A stretch of DNA of 63,059 nucleotides, the filler included, from Folioceros fuciformis (lineage: Eukaryota): NCBI GenBank assembly GCA_049999805.1. It is 6 parts of 6 records of this genome, joined end to end, with 100 filler letters (N's around TTAATTAATTAA, not from the genome) between each part and the next. Parts side by side here need not be neighbours in the genome. Positions count along the whole stretch, not along the records: positions 21,963 to 40,126 come from JBNGIO010005775.1; positions 40,227 to 51,412 come from JBNGIO010005776.1; 4 more parts are not named here. One strand, given 5' to 3'. Position 1 is the stretch's first letter. Every line of letters starts with the position of its first letter. Below, in pieces: positions 38,493 through 51,055 of the stretch. Below the pieces are notes generated by a model that was not told the DNA's origin, made no database searches, and saw only the letters and a list, made by a program, of their open reading frames with translations. A program made the translations under genes and the position numbers.

Positions 38493-40126
38493 TGCTCCAG
38501 GACCGCTGTCGGGAAATGAGCCTTCTCAAAGGCTACCCATGGCATGACACCCAGCATGAACGATGTCTTCAGAGTACACCAACTCCCAAATGAAGAGTTC
38601 CCAAAAACAGGAGGGAACTACACTGAACAGATCGTGCACGGTTCTCTGGTGTCACCAACATGGACATCCTGCAATGCCACGAGATGGGAACGGAAGATGC
38701 ACTGCAGCAGCCTGGACTTCCTGGACAGAGCAAATGAATGGGTGCGGTTGTTAAGGGCCATGGCTGGACATCTCGGGTTGTGCAACATGAAGCACAATCT
38801 CACGTTGTGCTTCTAACCGCTGCTATCCGATCGCTTCAGGTAACGACTTCATTTCATTCTCCCAGGATTGTATATCACTTCCCGCCATGGTCCCCACCCG
38901 AGAAGCGAGTTGTGAGTTGCGAGGCCAGGCCTCGAGCTCGCGGTGCCTCGTGAACGATTTGAGCGAGGGTAACCTGCCACCCGCTCATCAAGTTTAGCAC
39001 AGGACCTGCAATTGTGTCCAAGGGGCTGGTACCCTTTTTCCCCTTTGGCCTGTTCGGGTTGTTCCTCCAATGCGTGGAGTAGTTGGGATTTTCTCTCTCT
39101 TCTTTAACAATAAAAAAATATTTTAAATCATATTTATAAAAAGTAATTTCTTGGATGTAATATAAAAGCGTTTTCTCCTCTCGTAAGAACTAGATGTGCA
39201 ACAAAGGCTTTTTATTATAAGTCTGGTGGGTTATGTAATTTCCTCCATGCTTGTTTGCATATTCACCAAGAGAACATTTAAGACAAGGTTTTGATGTCCT
39301 CAACCTAATTATTTAGATAATTTATAATATTACACTCTTTCCTTTCCACCCTTTACTAACTTGAAACTTAGTGATATTCTTCAACACTTTGTTGCTATAC
39401 TCTCTCTATACTAAATGCAAGTCTAAAATGCACAAACTGTCCATATATATATAATATGAATGGTAAATAGTGACTATATGAATGATATTAACGAGCTTAA
39501 TTCAGTAGTCCTTTATGAAAAAACAAGATTGGGAAAACACTTCTAAGAAGATAAATCATGATTGGGACACTAAGGCTAACTCCCCAAACCTTAATAATTG
39601 TCATTAGCACCCAAAATATCATATCATGGTCTCAAAGGAGAAAGGGTTTATCTACTACTTTGAGAGTTTTTGACGCTGCAATATTAATTGCTTGGAATGG
39701 TATGTACTATTTTACTGTACGTTTGTGCATAGAATCGTATGTACTATTCTACTATGCTGCTAATATGGCACTCATGCACATGAATCACAACAACTTTACA
39801 TATGAATTGTTTTGTAGAATAGTAAATATTATTATAAATATAAAATCTGAGCAGTTTCTAGAACCCCCCTATTACAATATATTCTTGTAGTGGCCTAATT
39901 CTTGGTAGATTACTCAATTAAAAAACCTTCTTGGCTCCTAGAACCCTAAACCCTTGCCACAAAGGGTGGGTAGGTTCTGCGACTTGCTCCTCCTAGTTTC
40001 TCTGATTAAGTTTTTCCATGAGGTTCTCCCGATAAGTGTTACATTCAGCCACAAGGCTTCCACGGGTTAGGGTTTGCTCATTTAGGGGTTTAGAGTTTAG
40101 AGTTTGCTCATTTGGGGGTTAGGGTT

Positions 40127-40226
40127 NNNNNNNNNNNNNNNNNNNNNNNNNNNNNNNNNNNNNNNNNNNNTTAATTAATTAANNNNNNNNNNNNNNNNNN
40201 NNNNNNNNNNNNNNNNNNNNNNNNNN
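40127..40226. other. Artificial scaffold spacer N44-TTAATTAATTAA-N44 (also at 11161, 21863, 51413, 57535)
   Basis: Identical 100-bp construct carrying a six-frame stop 12-mer, found five times. Confidence 0.97.
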
Positions 40227-41314
40227 GTCTGCCTCTCTTAGGCAAACCTAGTCTCTTTTTGTAGCCTTGCTCTTGGCCATAGGCCAAGAACAAATTAAGG
40301 CTAGGATTGTTGCTCCTGGGCCGAAGGCCAAGGAGATCGCAGGCAGGCGGAAGCTTAGTGACCTAGCTTGGTAAACAGGCTAGGTAGGCATGCAGCTATG
40401 CGGCTGCTGCGCGACAGCTGTCATGCTGTTGCTGTATGGGAAACAGAGCACCTAAGACTCTATGACTGGATACTGACTAGAGCATCCTGGGCATAAGCCC
40501 TGAATGCTGAAATGACTAGATACTGACTGGAGCATCTCGGGCATAAGCCCTGATGCTGAAGTGCTTGATGATGTCATGTACATGGCCCATGGATGGCCTG
40601 CACATGACATGTATGCCATATATGCATGTGTGCCATGTATGCATGCATATGGAGATGAAGGATGATATGTGATGTATGTGGACATGTGGCAGGTGATGTG
40701 TCATGGCGCATGCAACCTACATGCATGGTTGTGCATGAAAGGCGCGGTGCCATGCCGCATATATAGATAGCAGATTTATATTAGAAGATATTAGAAAATA
40801 CATAAAAATCATAAATCAAGGAAAGTAGGATTATAAAGTGCCCACCATCGANNNNNNNNNNNNNNNNNNNNNNNNNNNNNNNNNNNNNNNNNNNNNNNNN
40901 NNNNNNNNNNNNNNNNNNNNNNNNNNNNNNNNNNNNNNNNNNNNNNNNNNNGCGCGGTGCTATGCCGCATATATAGATAGCAGATTTATATTAGAAGATA
41001 TTAGAAAATACATAAAAATCATAAATCAAGGAAAGTAGGATTATAAAGTGCCCACCATCGACACGGGTGGACACTTCATCGAGAACTCCTGGGGGTTTTG
41101 CCTATATATGTAGGCGGGTCCCGGGTCTGCCTCTCTTAGGCAAACCTAGTCTCTTTTTGTAGCCTTGCTCTTGGCCATAGGCCAAGAACAAATTAAGGCT
41201 AGGATTGTTGCTCCTGGGCCGAAGGCCAAGGAGATCGCAGGCAGGCGGAAGCTTAGTGACCTAGCTTGGTAGACAGGCTAGGTAGGCATGCAGCTATGCG
41301 GCTGCTGCGCGACA
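40227..41314 (+). mobile_element. Tandem LTR-like sequences (3' part of one copy 40227-40416, then a full TG...CA copy 40419-41314)
   Basis: 40227-40416 is almost identical to about 41125-41314. The second unit starts TGTC, ends GACA and contains a TATA-like cctatata at 41101. Confidence 0.55.
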
Positions 41315-42031
41315 GACTCGCAAGACCATGCAAAGTCATGGACAGGTGCGGGAGGAACAGAGCAAACAATTGGTGGATTGGCTCAACGGATTCTTGACCA
41401 AGGCGAAGGAGTTGCAAGCTCAGTTAGCAGACTTCGAGACCCAAGAGGACCAATGCAAGGTGAACCTCTGGGCTCAGATGGAGGTTGTGTCCACCCTACA
41501 TCTCCGGGAATTGGCCACCATCACCTCCATGGCCCTCGAAGAGCTCCGGAGGTACATTAGCACCAGAGTCACACAACACGCTGACCTACCGAAGGCTAGG
41601 TGGCAGCCAGAATATCAAACGCTCCGAGGGATGGTGGTGGAAGCCATGCATTCCAGCGGATGACAAACATGCATTCCTCCATGATGAAGTCCTTCGCGTC
41701 TTGTTTGAGACTGCGGAGGCCGTGGTAGCTTCACTGACTCCTGCACCTTCCACTGGCAAATGAACAGCACCCAATAGTCCAAAGCACTAGGCCATCGGAC
41801 CCATCTCCTTGGACCTTCAACTACTGGTCCAATCCCCGCAAGCTGGCTCCGCTGATTTGCTTATCGCAATCGGTAGAGCAGAATCTCCTCCTAGACCCAC
41901 CTCGCTGGTAGGAACACCCCTTGCGCTGGCCTCTCCCGGCCCCACCCCACCCCACCCCACCCAACCCACACTACCACTGACCCATTAAGGCACGGTGGTG
42001 GTAGACTAGCTGGCTTCTAGTAGGACTGGAT

Positions 42032-42393
42032 TGTCAGACCCTTAAAATAGAGGTTATCTTTTTACATTGATAACTATTGTCTGGGCTACACCTCTGATTG
42101 GGTATAAAAGCCCGACCCTTCGTTGTAACAAGGGCCTCGGATCCCTAATTCTTCTTGCCATCTACCACCTCTTGCCCTCCCTTTCGCTACTCCTCCTAAC
42201 TCTCCGCGAACGCCAGTGAGCCGACGTGCTAGGGCCTTTTGCCACCTCGATCCATCTAGGAGGCTTTGACCAAATACCCTGCACGACCCCTCTCATGTGT
42301 TGCAAGTCCGACCCCTACGTTGTAGAAATGTAGAAGGACCACAACCTTTGGGTAACAAAGCTGGCCACCTAGGCTACAACAACCAGGTTGACA
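42032..42393 (+). mobile_element. LTR-like element
   Basis: TGTCA...TGACA termini, internal gggtataaaag, purine-rich tract just upstream. No TSD seen. Confidence 0.4.
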
Positions 42394-45199
42394 AACCAAG
42401 TGCAATAAGTATTCGGAGTATTACATTTTCGAATCATCATTAGACTGATGATGATGATGAGGATAAGACAGAGGATGGTCGTCCACAGCTTAACTCACAG
42501 TGAGTTAAGCTACGGACAGTTGTCCTCTATCTCATCCCGTTGCCACACCTGTCAATTTCGTTTCTCCCCTCATCCACTCACCTACGCAGTGGTCAGTCTA
42601 AAGCCACGTCGGACCCGCTTGTGAATTAGATCAACCTATAAGACCTCTCCTCCACTCCGTTCCATCACTCCCACCCTCCCCACCTCTGCCCATCCACTTT
42701 GTTCCGACGACGATAGGTCGTCAATTTGCCGTATCGGTCGTAGCTGTTATTTCTCTGTGGCTACTTGCCGACTCTGCTTACTCGCCGCAGTAGGTAATGA
42801 CATCTAATCATCCAATAATAAACATTTGCGGTGCAAAAGTTAAAAAATGCTTGCGTGACCCAATCTTTCATACCAGGCTAAAATGTGAGTGTTGTCTACC
42901 ACTGATAAATATAGGGAATCCCGCAGCAAAGAGTCGATACTAGTCAAGGCCATGAAGTGAGCTATGGCAAAGAGCCTGATTACCAATTGCAAGGGATTGT
43001 ACCACTACCTTATACCTTTTGCCGAATTGAGCATCGAAAACCTCCTTCATTGCCAGCCCACATTCATAGTAGAGGAGGGAAGGTATCTTGAACAAAGAGC
43101 CTACAAAAGTCTCATCTCTAAGGGATAAGACAAGATAAGAAAGCCTGCCATTCTCTAAGTAGAAAGATTGGAGGACAACGTGCTTTCTTATTCTAGGGAC
43201 AAATGACTTGGAATGACTTGTCCATAGGGAGGGTCATTGAAGTGGGTTTCTCATTTGCCTAGAAGTTCTAGGATCTCAGCCAAATGGTTTAGCCTCGAGT
43301 CTTAGAGGAATAGCCCCTAGCCTTAGAGAGAAACTACCATAAGGTACATGGCGCCCTATGGTAAGACCAAAGCTCTTAGCCTTTGTAATCTTGGTTATCG
43401 CACTAATGCTATCATGATTTGATTTTCATAAAGTGACTCATAAGAGTGTACAAATACCTAGCACACAAGACTCACTAGTTGTGCATGCATGTCATGACAT
43501 ATCAAAGATAGTGGAAGGCATTTTGAATATGAACCTTCAATGCGACTCAACCAACCATTATCAATCGGACTCAACTAATAATAATAATAATATTAAAGGT
43601 ATTTATTATATAATTAAATAATGAATATTTACAAATCTAGCTACATGAGTTGTCATCTCCCTATCCCCGTATTGCCTTTACTTCGTGGTCCCGGTCGTGC
43701 TGCGGGTGTCTCCTCCAACTTAGGGTCGTTCGCTCTTCTTGTTTGATCGCTTCTGCTTCAAGCACAGCCTGTCGTGCTCTGACTCTGCCTCTGGTTCGCA
43801 CCACGTTGTAATCTTCTTGGTCTGTACAAAGCGATGTCCCATTCTACGCGAAAAAAAATTCTCCTCCTCCTTATTGATTTGGTCTGGAAGATGGAATGCT
43901 AGTCCTAAGGTTTCATCGTTGGAGGATTGTCCCAGTAGGGCGCCCAGAAGGGCACGAGAGAAAGGCAGCAGGCGCAGAGAAGAACATAACCAAGGAGAGG
44001 AAGGCATCGTGACCACATGTTTCTCCAGCTGAAAATGTCGACGTGGCACTCCCAACTTCCAGTCGCTCCTCGGACGTCCACAACTTGTCAAGATTCCTCT
44101 TCCTCCTTCAACACTGCAACCTCTCGCAAGGCTAGGCGACACCGTGGCTGTGCCACCTAACCCCTTGCTGGATTCACACGGAAGACGGAACGGGATAGCC
44201 TGAGCTGCAGGATCACGCAACCCTAGCAAGAGTTATACCTACTTTTGTGCACAGGCAGAAAGGGAAGGAAAGCCTTGATGCCTGTCAACTCAGGGACCGC
44301 GTGTTTAGATTGCAAGGAAGACGTTCGGATGGCAGATTCCACCTTTACTCTGGTTCCTGCAGGAGGAGGCGCAAAGTTTGCGGCCACCATATACACATGT
44401 CACAGCCTCGAGGTCCTGCAGACGCACTGCAAAGTTGCAAACTGCCGCCAAGCCAAAAGGACAACCAGAAGAGCGTCAGCCCTGGGAACCGGACAACGAG
44501 ACCTTTCCGATCGGATGCGACTGGCCTTGAGTCCCATACATCATTGAAAGGTTGCAGGATACGATTGGTCGTGAAGACATCATGGACAGGCATAGCCTTT
44601 AGCTGGTCAGAGCACGCAGGCGGTCCATTCGGGGAAGGAAATGTCAGAAAGGAACTGCTGGAAGAACCTGCCTTTCAGAGACAATTTGACGATACCAAGG
44701 GCTGCATGGTGGTGGATTACCACCGAATTGTAAGTACATCAAAACCCAACGTAGGCAAAGAATAGGTATGAGTCCTGCCAGAATGGACCGTGTCTTCGAG
44801 CTTTCTCAACCTGGTTTACTTTAACAAAAAATTACCGGACATTTTCGCTGTGGAGATGGGAGGAAAAGTTTCTCCACATTAGCCCTCAAGCAAGCTCCGT
44901 ACACTGAACGACGCGAGAAAAACATAAAAATATTCGCAGCGAATAGAACCTCCCTTTTCCATCGTTCACGGATTACAGACGACTTTTGGCTTGCTTTTCA
45001 CCTCCGGATGCAGAATGCGATGCAGGATAGAATCAGGAGGCAGTGAATTGTGCTTCAATCACGCTCTTCTCCGACCTGCCTTGTCCTTCAACAATCACGC
45101 GGCCGAACAAGAGCGGCCCAAGAGAGCCTGGCACGGCATTCCAGCGTGCAAACAGCCCGTCCAGTTGTGTTTCGATTTCCTGGGTTTGAATTGTAGACT

Positions 45200-47667
45200 A
45201 TGGCTTACAATTTTGCTGCGATGCTGGGCCCGGAGATATGGGTCGCGCTGCTCCTGGGTCTGCCGATGCTACTGCTTGCGGCAGTCTTTTTCTATTCTAG
45301 ATCTCTGCTCGCCAGGAGATCCGATGCTGAGGGCCGGGCGCAGCTCCCTGCGGGCAGGTTCTGGCAGATACCCATCTTGGGCGAAACCGTGGAATTCCTG
45401 AGTGATCATCCCGACCATTTCATGTTTCGTAGGATGCGAAAGTGAGTCACGTTCTGCTATTCTGGTCCTAGACGCGTCCTCGCCACTCGATTCTGTTGTT
45501 GCCCCAAAATGCAGTTTCTGACACGAGTTGGTGCTGGGATGTGGTGTGCAGGTACGGGAGGAATTTCCGGACGCATCTGTTTGGGAGGCCCGCGATCTGC
45601 GTCACCACCGTGGAGGCGACCAGATTCGTGCTGCAGAGTCCCGACCTGTTCAGCTCCAGTTACCCGTCGTCTCAGCACGAGGTCTTGGGCTCGGATACCC
45701 TCAGCCATGTAGAAGGGCACATGCACGAGTTGTTCAGAAAAATGATCAGATCCCGGCTCACCACGAAGGGGCTCAACTTCTTCGCGGCCTATGTCGATGA
45801 AGCTGCCAGGAAGTGGGTTGCTGACCTGTCGGGAAAGGAGCAGATTGTTACTGCCAAGGCGCTGAAAGACGTGAGTCGTCTAGTTTGGTGTAGAGCTAGC
45901 CTAGCTACTGTTAGTTATTTGTTGAAAGGACTTGATTTCACGAGGGATTGGCACATGTGCAGTTCACCTTCAACGTAGGCATAAGGTTCTTGTGCGAGGA
46001 CTTGGAACCCAGTAAGGAGTTGGATGAGTTCCAAGCCAACGCAGCGCTGACGGAGCATGCCCTTATGGTGATTCCACTGAGGATTCCTGGTAGTACTTGG
46101 ACCAAGGCTTTAAAGGTACATGTTGCTTGGAAACTTTTGAAAGTGTGGTACAAAATCATCTATATGCACCTTGTACATACATCTTGACAAGCATGCATAG
46201 ATCGCAGCGGAAGCATTGAAGGATGTGCATGTCATCGAGTTCCCCCTGTTCAGGGATCTGCGAAAGCCAAGGGGTATCTGCAAAAAATTGTGACCGAGAG
46301 ACTTGCTGCAGATGGGTTGGCAGAGCATCATGATCTGCTAAATGAAATGCTTAAGAAAAGTGGATCGACGAATCTGACTGATAAACAGATCAGGGAAAAC
46401 ATGTTTGCGATCTTGTTTGCGGCTAACGCTACCTCCACATGTGCAATTATGTGGGTTTTACACCACCTGTGCCTGTACCCTGAGTATGCACAGCAAGTTA
46501 AGGTACGTTGTACTGTGCTCCCCTCATGAAAATAATTAGCACACAAATTTCACCTCATGAAAATAGTTAGCGCACAAATTTCTTCTTTCTTCATAGCTCA
46601 TTAGCGAAGTCATGCACTGTGCAGAATGAACATGAAGAGTTTGCAAGGAAGCGATCTCCAGAGGATCCGATAAACTGGGAGGAAATGAGTGCCTCTCTTC
46701 CTTACTCCTCTCGGGTATGTTGTTTTCCACTTGCGATGTGCGTCATAACGTCCTTCAGCCGGGTTTTAGACTGGCACTGTTCAGTCTAGAGCACTAGTAG
46801 TTGTAGCATGGATGTTGTCCTGCCTTGCTCGAATAACACCCGGGGTGGTGCTTTCCTCAATTGCTCCAGTTTCTGCAAGAGACTCTCAGGCTTGTAAATG
46901 TGGGAAATTTCGGTCCTAGAAAGGCCAAAGAAGACGTCGTGGTGGATGGTAAGTGATGTCTGGTCAGCCCTCTGCAAATCGCACTTTTAGTTCGAAGCCA
47001 GTCTAATTATGACGGCTGTCGCTGTCAACCCGCTGCAGGTATATTCATCCCCAAAAACTGGACCGTCATGGCCTGGTTCCGCTACTTCCATCTCGACCCG
47101 GAATTGTTTCCTGATCCTTTGACATTCAACCCCTCCAGATTTCAGGTACTTGTAATTTGATGGGCAACCTTTCCAGCCAACCGCGACCAATTTCAGTGAA
47201 ATCGCTATACGAAACGTATGTTAATCCTGCAGCCTGGAATGTTTCAGACCACTCCCAAGGTCAACAGCTTCACACCCTTTGGGAACGGGAATCGAGTCTG
47301 TCCTGGGAAGGACCTGGCCAGGCAGCAAGTTCTCATCTTTCTCCATCGCTTCCTTCTTGCATACGAGTACCAGACACAACCCTACACATGGTTCACTATT
47401 GAGGCAAATGGTTGCAGTACACAGCAAGGAATCTTGGATGTGCTTTCACAATTACTTCCTGTCTGCAGTTAACCCTGAATGATCTTTGGAACGGACTACG
47501 CTTCAACTTTATGCTTACTAATAGGTTGGATGTTGGAAATGTGTGCATGCAGCTTTGAGCCTGCGGCAATGATTCCATGCCCCAAACAATACTTCTGGCC
47601 CATCCCCTACCCAGCAGACGGGTTTCCATTGAAGCTCATCAGGAAGGACAGACACAACAGAAACTAA
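45200..47667 (+). CDS. Cytochrome P450, CYP85 clan (CYP707-like); 9 exons: 45200-45441, 45552-45870, 45963-46115, 46254-46502, 46625-46714, 46870-46948, 47039-47145, 47248-47366, 47553-47667 (490 aa)
   Basis: All introns are GT-AG and the joined frame is intact. N-terminal membrane anchor, LPAG..QIPILGET, I-helix LFAANATS, ETLR, FNPSRF, heme motif FGNGNRVCPG. Internal exon sizes 319/153/249/90/79/107/119 fit the CYP85-clan pattern. Confidence 0.93.
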
Positions 47668-50319
47668 CTTAAATGAAATTAGAAAATGTTCCGCGTTTAT
47701 TCGTTCATTTGCTATTTATTATTTATTGCATTTAATAATTGTATTTATTTATTTATTAAATTAATCACTCTAGATTTTTGGTTTGAGATGACAAAACCAA
47801 TCTCCACACCAGCCCAAAAGCATGGGGGGGAGGGGGCATGGAGGGTTGAGATAAAGGATGCTGACAGCATACAGGCGGATATATGCTGCGGGAATCTTTC
47901 TGGATTGTGGCATAGCGGCTGCCATAGCCCGATGGGAATTGTCCACCGGGATAAGGAGGCCAATAGCCTCACAAGGGACGGATGATGAAAAGGGGGTGGG
48001 GAAGGTCCAGCAGCCCTAAACCTATGGAATTGCAGCCTCGAGGCTGCCCCAACGCTGGGTGCTCTGCCTCGCGGGCCTGCCAGTGCCCTCCTTTCCTTTC
48101 TGCTTGCTAACACTACTTATGGCCCTAACAACCTCACTTGGATGCCAAAACTCTTTATGAGATTGCGAATTTTTTGTGAAGTGCAAACTTACCCTAAACC
48201 CTAAATGTAGAGAGTTTATACTGCACATGGGCATTGTATCATTGGTTATAGCNNNNNNNNNNNNNNNNNNNNNNNNNNNNNNNNNNNNNNNNNNNNNNNN
48301 NNNNNNNNNNNNNNNNNNNNNNNNNNNNNNNNNNNNNNNNNNNNNNNNNNNNATCCCTAAACATATGAGTCATGAAAAGTAGTTTTTAAAAAGTATACGA
48401 GAAAAAAAATCAAAAAAAAAAAATCAAAAATAATTTAATCATTGTTAATATTCTCAAACACATATGAGTATAAAGATCTCTTATTTATTTTAGAAAAAAC
48501 AAGATGGAAAACCCATTTGCCCCACTAGGGCTAACTCCATGGTGCATAACGACTACCACTAGCATCTAAAATATCATGGTTTGGGAGGAGAAACGGTTTA
48601 CTTACCATTGAAGTTGCTAATGCTGAATCTTTTGCTAATGTTGTCATCCTGTATACAGCATTAGCCAATGCTTACTCTATAGCAATGGAAATCCTATGCT
48701 AAAAAAACAATATAATACACGAAAGAGAAAGACCAAGCCCATTTTTCTTGTTATGAACCGCCTTGGCACAAGGCTTCAAAAACCTTGAGGGTAAAGTAGT
48801 ATAGAAGTTTGATCAAATGAATAGAAATAGTTGAAATATTGTCAATATAGAATATTGATCAAATCGATAAAAAGGGCTGAGAAGACACATCCACCACTAT
48901 ATATTACAAAAAGTAAAAGTTACGATTGAAGGTACACAAATGGTTTTGAACTCGGCAAGCTCGCCGTGGATGTTTGAAAAAAATTTCTGCAGTAACAATT
49001 GATCTTCAAAACGGAAATAAGAGATGTGTGGGTATGCGGGTATGGTACCCCTACCAGGCACCCGCTCACATGTATTGTGGCCACATCAATCCCACAGTCG
49101 TTGTAGGCTTCCCAGAATCGCTCCCCTCCGAGCCCAGTCAGCTACGTCTATTGTTCCCCTATAATAATCAATACTCCCAATCATGTACCTACCAATCCTG
49201 CAACACGTCTAGATAGTGGGAGGGCACCATTCCCTCATTTAAAAGGACCCCAGTACTCCCCCCTACCGATTTCTACCTACTTACACTCAATACCCTTTCC
49301 TCACAAGGCTCCCTACGACACCTTCCTCAGCCCAACAATCTAGCTACTTGTCTCCCTACTTCCAACGACCAACAAGTTTTTCCTTGGGCCGGTTCTTGTG
49401 TGCTTGTGCTTGTTAGTTAGAACTTCCAGGAAGTCTTTCCCTGAAGTCTACCCTCAAGCCAACAATCACACAGGTATTGCCACACACCTACAGCACCACA
49501 ACAACCGTTCACAAGGGAAGCAACTTGTAGGGGTGCCCATGGAAGAATATGAGCCGTCCGTCAAGCACTTTGACAACCGCAACTCTAGCTACAAATAGGC
49601 ATTGTGATAGCACACCGTTGGCAATGAGATTCCTACGCTCTACTGAGCATGAGAACTCGCCATGAGAAGAGTGCAGAATGTGGTGGTTCATTTCTTTGTG
49701 TACCCCTCCTTATAGGAGAGATCAACATATGAACCCTCTTCTACATGTAGGTGGTGGGCTACCCTTCTCTCACACTAGGCGCCACCAACTTTAACTTAAC
49801 TACGCACACCTACCAAGAGGCTAAGACCTACTAATAATTGCTAGGGCAATGCGCGCTGCTGAAGATTAGGATTGTTGGCGCTGCCATAGAAGATTTGTTG
49901 ACCCCCTGTTCAAAAAGGTGTGGCTAGGATGGCTCTTGAAGGGAGGCAAAGTTTGAAGGCTGAGCCACTGGGCCCCCCTCCATTATTGGGATTCGTCTTC
50001 TTTTTGATCCACGAGCTTCCACCGTACCTTCCTCTGTGTGGATCTCTTGGGACATCCCTTCATCACCACCTACATGTTTGGTAGGGAAGAGATCCACTTT
50101 TTCTTCAACTTGAGGTTCCTTCCCTACGTAGGGTGAGGATGTCCCCTTCATAGGTAGGGTCCATGGTGCTCCCTTTGTAGGTAGGTTCCCTACCCCTCCT
50201 CTCATAGGTAGTTTCCTTACCACTCTCACCAATTGTCTTAGGTAGGCTGCCTACCCTATTGCCGTAGGTGGGGTGTCTACCGTATGAGTACCTTCCCCAC
50301 CTACATAGGTGTCTTCTGT

Positions 50320-51055
50320 AGGATCGCTCCAGGAGCTACATGGTGAAGGAGGAGAGGAGGAGGCAAGGAGGAGGAGAAAGAGAGGTCATACTCTCACAAT
50401 AAGTCTCTTGTGAACCTCCAAAGTTTGGGGTAGTAGTTTGTTTTGGTTGAAAAAGGGTTAATAGTGGTTTGGTTTGGTTTGGTTTTCTTTTTCTACTTAT
50501 TTTCCCTAATTTTCCTTGATTTTCTGGTCATTTTTTCTATTTTTCTTTGTGCTAATTAGGTTAATTGACCAGGAAATAGTTGGTTTGGTTATAAGAGTGG
50601 GTATAGGTTTGGTCCCAGACCTGGGAAAGTTTAGGTCCGGTACCGGGCCATAGGGTTATTAAAGCCCAATGTGCTTAGACTAATGTGATTAGTTTAATTA
50701 AGCTAATGTGATTAGTTTAATTAGGCTAATGTAATTAGCCTAAGATTAGTGTCTAATTAAGTATCATTAGTTTAGATTAGCTTAAGCTAATTTTTAGGAA
50801 GCTTCCTACATAGCTTCTTGTGAAGCTTCTTGTGATCTTCTTGTGAAGCTTCCTGTGATCTTCTTGTGAAGCTTCCTTGGGAGCTTTTCTAGAGGGTATA
50901 AATACCCTCTTGAGCTCCCTTTTCGAGAGAGATGAGAGAGATGGGAGAGAGCTGTGAGAGACATTGTGAGACCTCTCTTTCTCCTCTTCTCCTCTCTTCC
51001 TCTCCTCTCCTCTCCTCTTCTCCTTCATCATGTGGCTCCCTTTCCGATCCTTCAA
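50320..51055. mobile_element. Copia-family LTR (50651 to about 51055, +) with an inverted fragment of the same LTR (about 50320-50408, -)
   Basis: tagggttattaaagcccaatgtgcttagactaatgtg matches 24721 onward. 50340-50408 is the reverse complement of the LTR 3' part (gagac..tgtgagagt.tgacctctctttctcctc). Confidence 0.7.

Noticed and set aside
40064-40126. Telomere-like TTTAGGG/TTAGGG motifs next to a gap (also near 16786, 48192, 51405)
   Set aside because: Few, degenerate copies; telo-box or TE-associated motifs rather than a telomeric array.
40741-41062. Duplications flanking N gaps (also near 15806-15910, 28737-28840, 51865-51970, 59681-60045)
   Set aside because: Most likely unmerged contig overlaps on either side of gaps.
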